Source of the DNA: Delftia acidovorans NBRC 14950
GTDB lineage: Bacteria > Pseudomonadota > Gammaproteobacteria > Burkholderiales > Burkholderiaceae_C
DNA length: 32,000 nucleotides
Assembly (NCBI RefSeq): GCF_001598795.1
Contig: NZ_BCZP01000002.1
Span: 150,001-182,000, forward strand
Direction: 5' to 3'
This document shows, one piece after another, positions 1-7,044 of this stretch (its first letter is position 1; each line of letters starts with the position of its first letter). A model generated the notes under the pieces. That model saw nothing but the letters and a program-made list of their open reading frames with translations, was not told the DNA's origin and did not search any database. Both the position numbers and the translations under genes were made by a program.

Positions 1-1080
1 ACCTGCCAGTCCGGCACGCTGGCCGTGGGCAAGACGGTGGCCTGGGCCGCAGGCAGTCAGGCCACGGATCTGACGGGCAGCAGCTTCCCCGTCAGCGTTT
101 CCTGCACAGGAACGGACGGCATTGTGGTGCCGAGCATTGCCACCAGCGTGACGCTGAGCACGCCCACGGCGGGCGCCGTCTCTGTCACGCCCGTCATCTC
201 CAGCGGCAGCTGCACGGTGACCGAAACCTCCCGCCCAGCGGCACCGGCCAATCACCAGTGGGTGGAGGTCAGCCCGCCCAGCGGCACCGTGGCCTTGCTG
301 GCGCCACCTGGCAGTCCTGCCGTGGCCTTGACCAACACGCTGGCGCGCAGCGCCGCATCGATTGCGCTCACCAAGACCGTGGCGGGCGGCCCTGCAGCGG
401 GCGTAACCGGCAACTTCGACTTCACTGCGAGCTGCGGCGTGGACGGCAACTACACCGGCGCCGTGGCGCTGAGCAATGCCTCGTCGGGAACGGGCGGCAT
501 CGCCGGTGTTCCGCAAGGCGCGAGCTGCGTGGTCACCGAGAACACGCCTTTGCCTACCGCGCCGGTCAACTACAGCTGGGGCGTCATGCCCGCTGCCGTG
601 CCGGTGACGGTGGTGGCTTCCGGCAATGCGGCCGCTTTCACCAATACCCTGGTGCGCAGCACCGCTGCCATCAGCCTGACCAAGAACGTCACGGGCGCGC
701 CTGCAGGCGGCGTGAGCGGCAGCTTTGCCTTCACGGCCAGCTGTGGCGCGAGTGGCAGTTTCACGGGGACCGTGGTGCTGGCCAATGCGACCACGGGCAC
801 AGGCACTATCACCAACGTGCCCCAAGGCGTGAGTTGCACGGTCAGCGAAAGCACCACGCTGCCTTCGGCACCCGCAGGCCTGGCGTGGGGCAGGATGCCG
901 GCGGCCGTCACGCTGACGGTGGCGGCCACGGGCAACGCAGCGGCTTTCACCAACGAGCTGACGGCGGCGGCTGGCAATGTGGCAGCCATCCCCACGTTGA
1001 GCCAGTGGGCGCTGATGATGCTGGCCCTGATGCTGGCCGGGATGGCGGCACTTTCGATCAGGGCTGCGTCCAGGGATTGA
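1..1080 (+). CDS. Repeat-domain secreted/surface protein with IPTL-CTERM sorting signal; 5' end cut by the window edge
   Basis: Frame 1 is open from base 1 (the ORF track starts it at GTG 25). Three tandem ~100-aa Thr/Ala/Gly-rich domains each carry a conserved Cys pair (..F.FTASCG....PQG.SC.V.E.T.LP..). The C-terminus AIPTLSQWALMMLALMLAGMAALSIRAASRD is an IPTL motif plus hydrophobic helix plus basic tail. Confidence 0.8.
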   Translation, partial: TCQSGTLAVGKTVAWAAGSQATDLTGSSFPVSVSCTGTDGIVVPSIATSVTLSTPTAGAVSVTPVISSGSCTVTETSRPAAPANHQWVEVSPPSGTVALLAPPGSPAVALTNTLARSAASIALTKTVAGGPAAGVTGNFDFTASCGVDGNYTGAVALSNASSGTGGIAGVPQGASCVVTENTPLPTAPVNYSWGVMPAAVPVTVVASGNAAAFTNTLVRSTAAISLTKNVTGAPAGGVSGSFAFTASCGASGSFTGTVVLANATTGTGTITNVPQGVSCTVSESTTLPSAPAGLAWGRMPAAVTLTVAATGNAAAFTNELTAAAGNVAAIPTLSQWALMMLALMLAGMAALSIRAASRD

Positions 1081-1124
1081 CGGTGGAATGGGGGCTGGGT
1101 CCGCCCAGCCCAAAGCCCAATGAA

Positions 1125-1157
1125 AAAGCCGGAAATGCTCATCGCATTCCCGGCTTT
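1125..1157. terminator. Bidirectional rho-independent-type hairpin between convergent genes
   Basis: AAAGCCGGAAATGC-tcatc-GCATTCCCGGCTTT, a 14-bp stem with 1 mismatch. An A-run lies 5' and T-rich sequence 3'. It sits between the stop at 1080 (+) and the stop at 1191 (-). Confidence 0.6.
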
Positions 1158-1190
1158 CTTATGGGTTGGAGGGAGGTGAAAAGCGCGGCG

Positions 1191-1484
1191 TCAGTGGACC
1201 ACGACAGGCTGCTGGGCCAGGCCGGCGTAGCGCTCCAGCGCGTCTTCCACCTCTTCCTCGGTGGGGGCGTCGAGCTGCCAGGCAATGATCTGCTTTTGGA
1301 ACATCTCGGCCCAGGAACCGTCCAGGTAGACCTCCTTGCCCGAGCGCTTGTCCACGATCTCGAAGCCGTGGCGTGGCAGTTGGCGGGCGGTGTCGACTGC
1401 CTCATTGCCAGCCGTTGCATCCGGATCCATGTCGGGACGCAGATGGAGCACCACAAAAGATTCGGAGTCGTAAAGCATTTGCAT
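1191..1484 (-). CDS. DUF3567-family small protein
   Basis: Translation MQMLYDSESFVVLHLRPD...EIVDKRSGKEVYLDGSWAEMFQKQIIAWQ matches my memory of the Burkholderiales DUF3567 family. ATG at 1484 is preceded by GAAAGGGA. The longer 1520 start has no SD. Confidence 0.75.
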   Translation of the reverse strand: MQMLYDSESFVVLHLRPDMDPDATAGNEAVDTARQLPRHGFEIVDKRSGKEVYLDGSWAEMFQKQIIAWQLDAPTEEEVEDALERYAGLAQQPVVVH

Positions 1485-1689
1485 GGTGTTCCCTTTCTGG
1501 CCCGTTGCCGGGCGTCGCACAGCCTACATGGCTGCGAAGCGCCGGATTTCAAGAACCGTGGGGGTCCCGATCTATCACAGGCACTTGCATGCAGTATTCC
1601 ACGGATTGGCATGCGCGGCGGCGTGCGCCACAGGCCGCGGTGTGGTAGGCGGGCGGCAGCGGTGCCTGCAAGTGCCGGCCTACCCGCGA

Positions 1690-2877
1690 TCAGGGTGCCT
1701 GGCGGCCCTTGAGCTGCAGGTCGGCGAAGTCGCCGTTGTCCTGCGCCAGCCGGATGCGCACGGGCAGGTATTGCATGGACGGCGCCAGCCACAGCGAGGC
1801 CTGCTGGTCATCGCCGGCCGCCGCGATCTTGTCCAGCCGCAGCGCCTGCGTGCTGCCCGAGGGCAGGTCCAGCGTCTCGGTCTCACCCACGCGGAAGGTC
1901 CAGCGGTCGGCGCGCCGCGCGCTGACGGTGATGAAGCTGATCTGCGTACCCGCCGGGTAGCGCTGCGGCGCCGCCGCCAGCAGGGCCGACAGTTGCAGGA
2001 ACACGCTGAGCCGGTCCTGCGCGCCTGGCGCGATGGCGGCATCGGGCGCGCCCGTGCTGAAGTGCGCCAGGTTCTGGTCGAACGCCAGCTGCGCCGATTG
2101 CTCCTTGCGTGCCTTGTCGTTGAAGCGGCTGGGCTCCAGGCCCCTGTCCGTGATGCGGCCTTCACTGGTCTGCGAGCGCGAGCCCAGCAGGAACAGGCTG
2201 ACTTCCTGGCTGGCCTGGTACTGGCCGTTGGCATGGCGCCAGACCAGCTCGGCACTGGCCGAGTAGTTGAAGCGCTTGGCCTGGCCGGTGACGGCGAACG
2301 ACAGCCGCGCGGGATCGGGCAGTTGCACGGGAACGGGGGCGTCGGAGGCCAGCGGCGTGCCATCGGGCGAGGTGATGGCCATGCCCTGGGCCGGGCCGGC
2401 CGAGGGTGTGGGCGGTGTTTCGGGTTCGGGCTTGGGAGCGGGCGGCGCCGGCGGCGTGGCCGGGGTTGGCCCGCTGCCAGCACCTGCATCGGCGGCGGCA
2501 GCGGCGGCTTCCGAGGCGTCCGATGCAGCAGGCTCCGGCGCTGCGGCCATCGGCAAGGGCTCCACGGTTTCGCGGATGGGCGTGTCCAGCGGCTCGGGCG
2601 CGGGTGCGGTGGGCGCGGCGGGTGCCGGGCGCTGGACCTTGGGGCGAGGCTGCTGCGGCTTGGGCGCAGGCGCCTTCGAGGCGGGTACGGGCGCTGCAGG
2701 CGGGGGGGCGGGTGGCTCGGGCAGGGACAGCGCCCGCGTCTGCATGGCCGCCACCTCGGTGTGTGGCGCCGATACCTGGCTCCACAGCGGCAGGCCCAGC
2801 AGGGCCAGGGCGTGCACGCCCAGCACCACGGCGGTGAGGGCGGGCAGGGCGCGCTGGCGCAGGTGCATTTCAGGCAT
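1690..2877 (-). CDS. DUF3108 domain protein with N-terminal membrane anchor and long Pro/Ala-rich linker
   Basis: N-terminus MHLRQRALPALTAVVLGVHALALLGL is a TM segment. About 170 aa of PAPxP-type low complexity follows. The C-terminal region (RLSFAVTGQAKRFNYSASAELVW...YLPVRIRLAQDNGDFADLQL) resembles DUF3108. The start is either ATG 2877 (8-nt overlap with the IclR stop) or ATG 2868. Confidence 0.75.
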   Translation of the reverse strand: MPEMHLRQRALPALTAVVLGVHALALLGLPLWSQVSAPHTEVAAMQTRALSLPEPPAPPPAAPVPASKAPAPKPQQPRPKVQRPAPAAPTAPAPEPLDTPIRETVEPLPMAAAPEPAASDASEAAAAAADAGAGSGPTPATPPAPPAPKPEPETPPTPSAGPAQGMAITSPDGTPLASDAPVPVQLPDPARLSFAVTGQAKRFNYSASAELVWRHANGQYQASQEVSLFLLGSRSQTSEGRITDRGLEPSRFNDKARKEQSAQLAFDQNLAHFSTGAPDAAIAPGAQDRLSVFLQLSALLAAAPQRYPAGTQISFITVSARRADRWTFRVGETETLDLPSGSTQALRLDKIAAAGDDQQASLWLAPSMQYLPVRIRLAQDNGDFADLQLKGRQAP

Positions 2878-3649
2878 TCCAGCCCAGGTCCTGGGACAGC
2901 TGGAGGCAGGCCTCGCGCAGCGGCGCGTCGATGGCGCCGCCGTATTCGGGGTCGAAAGTGGCAATCGAGCCCAGCGTGGTCAGGCCCAGCACGATATGGC
3001 CCGAGGAGTCGAAGACCGGCGTGCAAAAGGCCACGATGCCGGGCAGCACGGTATCGACCACGCGGGCGGTGCCGCGCTCGCGCACCTCGGCCAGCATGGC
3101 GTCTATGGCCTCGGGCGTGAGCGGCAGGTCCTTGCGCTGGATGCGGCGGGCCTTGTCCAATTCGGGCTCCAGCAGCGGGGCCGTGACCTCGCGCGGCAGC
3201 CAGGCCGCGAAGCAGCGCCCGGTGGCCGAGGCCAGCATGGGCATGACATCGCCCAGGCGCAGGTTGGCGGTGACCGACTGGGCGCTTTCCTCCCAGTGCA
3301 CGATGGTCGGCCCGTGGTTGCCCCAGACGGCGATGGCCGCCGTGTGGTGGATGCGCTCCATGAGCGCGGGCATGCGTTCGCGCGCCAGCCGCACGGGGTC
3401 CAGCCGCGCCAGCGAGGCCAGGCCCAGCTTGAGCGAGGCCGGGCCCAGGTCGTAGCGGGAGGTGCGCGCGTCCTGGGTGACCAGGCCGATGCGCTGGAAG
3501 CTCACGAGGTAGCGGTGCGCCTTGGCGGCGCTCATGCCGGCGTCGGACGCCAGGTCCTTGAGCATCTGCGGGCCCCGGGCGCGCGTCAGCGCCTCCAGCA
3601 ATGTAAAACCGACCTCGACCGATTGAATCCCTGCGCGTTCCTTGTCCAT
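2870..3649 (-). CDS. IclR-family transcriptional regulator
   Basis: N-terminal wHTH (IQSVEVGFTLLEALTRARGPQMLKDLASDAGMSAAKAHRYLVSFQRIGLV) plus a C-terminal IclR effector domain. It is divergent from the FAH operon. Confidence 0.9.
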   Translation of the reverse strand: MDKERAGIQSVEVGFTLLEALTRARGPQMLKDLASDAGMSAAKAHRYLVSFQRIGLVTQDARTSRYDLGPASLKLGLASLARLDPVRLARERMPALMERIHHTAAIAVWGNHGPTIVHWEESAQSVTANLRLGDVMPMLASATGRCFAAWLPREVTAPLLEPELDKARRIQRKDLPLTPEAIDAMLAEVRERGTARVVDTVLPGIVAFCTPVFDSSGHIVLGLTTLGSIATFDPEYGGAIDAPLREACLQLSQDLGWNA

Positions 3650-3672
3650 TGCAATAGAATTTGGTTTTGTTT

Positions 3673-3690
3673 AGTTAAATCAATTTAACT
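3673..3690. promoter_or_regulatory. Candidate operator palindrome in the IclR/FAH divergent promoter
   Basis: AGTTAAAT-ca-ATTTAACT, perfect 8-bp arms. It lies in the only AT-rich stretch of the 126-bp divergent intergenic region. Confidence 0.4.
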
Positions 3691-3775
3691 TATCGTAATT
3701 CGTGGCTGCGTCGCCATGGGTATCCAGGCCGCTGCCCGGATGCCGTGGCGCGCGGCGGCGGCACGGGGGAGCAGC

Positions 3776-4798
3776 ATGAAACTTGCCACATACAAGGACG
3801 GATCGCGGGACGGGCAACTGGTCGTGGTGTCACGCGACCTGAGCCAGGCCCATTATGCGACCGGCATAGCGAGCCGCCTGCAGCAGGTGCTCGACGACTG
3901 GAGCTACATGGCGCCCCAGCTGCAGGACCTGTACCACCTGCTCAACAGCGGCAAGGCGGTCCATGCCTTTGCCTTCGATCCGCGCCAGTGCATGGCGCCG
4001 CTGCCACGCGCCTACCAGTGGGCCGACGGCTCGGCCTACATCAACCATGTGGAGCTGGTGCGCCAGGCGCGCGGCGCCGAGGTGCCGGCCAATTTCTACA
4101 CCGACCCGCTGATGTACCAGGGCGGCAGCGACGATTTCCTGGGCCCCTGCGACGACGTGGTGGTGCCCAGCGAGTCCATGGGCATCGACTTCGAGGCCGA
4201 GATCGCCGTCATCACCGCCGACGTGCCCATGGGCGCCACGCCCGAGCGTGCGCTGGGCGGCGTGCGCCTGGTCATGCTGGCCAACGACGTGAGCCTGCGC
4301 AACCTGATCCCCAATGAGCTGTCCAAGGGCTTCGGTTTCTTCCAGTCCAAGCCCGCCACCTCCTTCAGCCCGGTGGCCGTGACGCTGGACGAGCTGGGCG
4401 ACGCCTGGAAGGGCGGGCGCCTGCACCTGACGCTGCAGTCCACCTGGAACGGCCGCAAGGTCGGCATGTGCGATGCGGGCGAGGACATGAGCTTTCACTT
4501 CGGCCAGCTCATCGCCCATATCTGCAAGACGCGCAATGTGCGCGCCGGCTCCATCGTGGGCAGCGGCACCGTGAGCAACAAGGGCGTGGAAAGCGGCAAG
4601 GGCAAGAACCGGCGCATGGAGTGGCCCAAGGGCTACAGCTGCATTGCGGAGAAGCGCTGCATAGAGACCATCCAGGACGGCGCGCCCAAGACCGAGTTCA
4701 TGCGCTTCGGCGACACCATCCGCATCGAGATGAAGGGCAAGGACGGCCAGAGCATCTTCGGCGCCATCGACCAGAACATCGTCGAGCCTGCCGAATGA
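3776..4798 (+). CDS. Fumarylacetoacetate hydrolase (FAH) family protein
   Basis: MKLATYKDGSRDGQLVVVSRDL... with FAH-like blocks (IDFEAEIAVI, MLANDVSLRN, FQSKP, GSIVGSGTVSN). ATG 3776 is preceded by GGGGGAG. Confidence 0.9.
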   Translation: MKLATYKDGSRDGQLVVVSRDLSQAHYATGIASRLQQVLDDWSYMAPQLQDLYHLLNSGKAVHAFAFDPRQCMAPLPRAYQWADGSAYINHVELVRQARGAEVPANFYTDPLMYQGGSDDFLGPCDDVVVPSESMGIDFEAEIAVITADVPMGATPERALGGVRLVMLANDVSLRNLIPNELSKGFGFFQSKPATSFSPVAVTLDELGDAWKGGRLHLTLQSTWNGRKVGMCDAGEDMSFHFGQLIAHICKTRNVRAGSIVGSGTVSNKGVESGKGKNRRMEWPKGYSCIAEKRCIETIQDGAPKTEFMRFGDTIRIEMKGKDGQSIFGAIDQNIVEPAE

Positions 4799-5808
4799 GC
4801 CGCGTCTGCGCACCCTGGTGGCGCCTGGCGGGCAGGTCGCTGCGCGCCGGCCTGGCCGCGCTGGCGCTGTCGCCGCTGGCGGGGGCATTCGCGGCGCCCC
4901 CGGCCGCGGACCCCGTCACCTGCCCGCCCGAGGCGCGCATGCCCAGCCCGGACGAGATCCGCGCCATGCAGCGCAAGGCGCAGGACCGTGGGCTGCTGTG
5001 GCGCATCGAGCACCGGGGCCGCACCAGCTGGCTCTACGGGACCATGCATGCGGCCAAGCTCGACTGGAGCGTGCCCGGACCCACGGTGGCGGACGCGCTG
5101 CGCGCCTCCGACAGCCTGGCGCTGGAGCTGAACATCCTCGATCCCGATGTCATGAAGGTCTTGTTCGCAGGCATGCAGGCGCGGCCCGATGCGCCGCCGC
5201 TGCGCGGCGATCTCCAGCGCCGGCTTGAGGCGCAAAGGCGCCTGGCCTGCGCCGGCCCCGAGCTGGCCCTGCTGCGCCCCGACGCCCAGGTGATCTCCCT
5301 GTTGTCGCTGGCCGGCCGCAGCGAGGGGCTGGACGCGTCCTATGGCATCGATTTCTCGCTGGCCGGCGTGGCGCTGGCCCTGGGCAAGCCCGTGCTGTCG
5401 CTGGAGACACCCGAGCTGCAACTGCGCGAGCTGGTCTCGGACGACCCCGCGCGCGTGGCCGAGACGGTGGAGTCCGGCCTGCGCCAGCTGGAAAGCGGCA
5501 TCGCCTCCCAGAAGCTGGGCCTGATCGCACGCGTCTGGGCCGATGGCCGCATCCATCTGCTGGAGAGCCTGCCCGACTGGTGCGACTGCATGGCCAATGC
5601 CGCCGAGCGCGTCGACTACGACCGCATGGTCTATGGCCGCAACCCCGGCCTGGCGCGCGAAGTGGCGCGGCAGATCCGTTCCGGCCGCAGCGTGTTCGCC
5701 GCCGTGGGCGCCCTGCACATGGTGGGCACGCGCGGCCTGCCGGCGCTGCTGGCGGCCCAGGGCTTCAAGGTGCAGCGCGTGGAGTTCCCCGCAGCCAGCC
5801 CGCCCTGA
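4795..5808 (+). CDS. TraB/GumN (TIKI-like) family protein with signal peptide
   Basis: The ATG at 4795 overlaps the FAH stop (ATGA). Signal peptide ...ALALSPLAGAFA-AP. Family motifs LYGTMHAA and AVGALHMVG are present. Confidence 0.85.
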   Translation: MSRVCAPWWRLAGRSLRAGLAALALSPLAGAFAAPPAADPVTCPPEARMPSPDEIRAMQRKAQDRGLLWRIEHRGRTSWLYGTMHAAKLDWSVPGPTVADALRASDSLALELNILDPDVMKVLFAGMQARPDAPPLRGDLQRRLEAQRRLACAGPELALLRPDAQVISLLSLAGRSEGLDASYGIDFSLAGVALALGKPVLSLETPELQLRELVSDDPARVAETVESGLRQLESGIASQKLGLIARVWADGRIHLLESLPDWCDCMANAAERVDYDRMVYGRNPGLAREVARQIRSGRSVFAAVGALHMVGTRGLPALLAAQGFKVQRVEFPAASPP

Positions 5809-5887
5809 AACACACGGCCGCCGCCTCCATGAACAAGAGCAACAGGGCGCGGCCAGGACCATCACACCCATCCCACAGGAGACAACA

Positions 5888-6862
5888 ATGGACCGTAGAC
5901 AATTCCTGGCCGCCGTGGCGGCCTCATCCGCCGGCATGGCCGCGCCTTTTGCACAGGCGCAGGACTGGCCCGCCAGCAACATTCGCTGGGTCGTGCCCTA
6001 TCCGCCCGGCGGCGGCACCGACGTGCTGGCGCGCACCGTGGCCGAGGCCATGCGCCAGACGCTGAACCAGACCATCGTGGTGGACAACCGCCCCGGCGCC
6101 TCCACCAACATCGGCGCCCAGATCGTGGCCACGGCCAAGCCCGACGGCTACACCATCATGTCGGCCGACAACGCCGTGCTGGCCTACAACGAGCACCTGT
6201 TCAGCAAGCTGTCCTTCAACCCCGAAAAGGACTTCACCTACATCGGCGGCATCAGCCGCTTCCCGATGGCGCTGGTGGTGAACCCGAACTTCGAGGCCAA
6301 GACCTTCAAGGAATTCCTGGCCTACGTGAAGGCGCATCCGGGCCAGGTCAACTACGCCTCTCCCGGCAACGGCTCGCCCCACCACCTGGCCATGGAGATG
6401 TTCAAGAACCGCACGGGCACCTTCCTGACGCACATCCCCTATCGCGGCGCGGCGCCTGCGCTGGCCGACGTGATGGGCGGCCAGGTGCCCTGCATGTTCC
6501 TGGACCTGGCCTCTGGGCTGCCCGTGATCCAGTCGGGCAAGGTGCGCGCCCTGGCCATCGGCACGGGCAAGCGCGTGCCCAGCCTGCCCGAGCTGCCCAC
6601 GCTGGCCGAGGTCGGCGTGCCCGATACCGAGGTCTATGCCTTCCAGGGCATCCTGGGCCCGGCCAAGATGCCCCCCGCCGTGGTGCAGCGCCTGAACGCC
6701 GAGCTCAACAAGGCGCTGGCCAACCCCGCCGTGGTCAAGCGCATGCAGGACTTCGGCATGGAGGCGCTGCCCGGCACGCCCGAGCAGTTCCTGGCCATGT
6801 CGCGCGCGGAGTCCAAGCGCTGGGGGGCGATCATCAAGAGCGCGGGCGTCAAATTGGACTGA
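5888..6862 (+). CDS. Bug-family (TctC-like) tripartite tricarboxylate transporter substrate-binding protein
   Basis: MDRRQFLAAV... twin-arginine-like leader, then the typical Bug blocks (VVPYPPGGGTDVLAR, VDNRPGA, YASPGNGSPHHL, IPYRGAAPA). SD AGGAGA lies upstream of ATG 5888. Confidence 0.9.
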   Translation: MDRRQFLAAVAASSAGMAAPFAQAQDWPASNIRWVVPYPPGGGTDVLARTVAEAMRQTLNQTIVVDNRPGASTNIGAQIVATAKPDGYTIMSADNAVLAYNEHLFSKLSFNPEKDFTYIGGISRFPMALVVNPNFEAKTFKEFLAYVKAHPGQVNYASPGNGSPHHLAMEMFKNRTGTFLTHIPYRGAAPALADVMGGQVPCMFLDLASGLPVIQSGKVRALAIGTGKRVPSLPELPTLAEVGVPDTEVYAFQGILGPAKMPPAVVQRLNAELNKALANPAVVKRMQDFGMEALPGTPEQFLAMSRAESKRWGAIIKSAGVKLD

Positions 6863-7004
6863 CCCCCTGAGCGGCTGCGCCGCTTCCCCCTTCTCGCTTC
6901 GCGGAGGGGGACGACACCCTCGGTGCGGGGCGGCCCTTCCTCGGTGTCTCTGGGTTGGGCCGTGGCGGTTTTGGGGGCGGCGCCCGGCTTTGAACTGATG
7001 CGCT
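6863..7004 (-). repeat. Dispersed structured intergenic repeat, copy 1 (inverted relative to copies 2 and 3)
   Basis: Starts at the base after the TGA stop at 6860-6862. The first 53 nt are identical to the reverse complement of 15208-15260. Similarity extends about 110 nt and diverges at the distal end. Confidence 0.85.
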
Positions 7005-7044
7005 GGTGCTGCTTTTTTGGCGTTCCTGATCGCCAATCCAGCGA

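Noticed and set aside
1581-1676. 10-bp inverted repeat GGCACTTGCA / TGCAAGTGCC upstream of the DUF3567 gene
   Set aside because: The arms are short, GC-rich and about 76 bp apart. Without conservation data this is within what chance and GC bias can produce.
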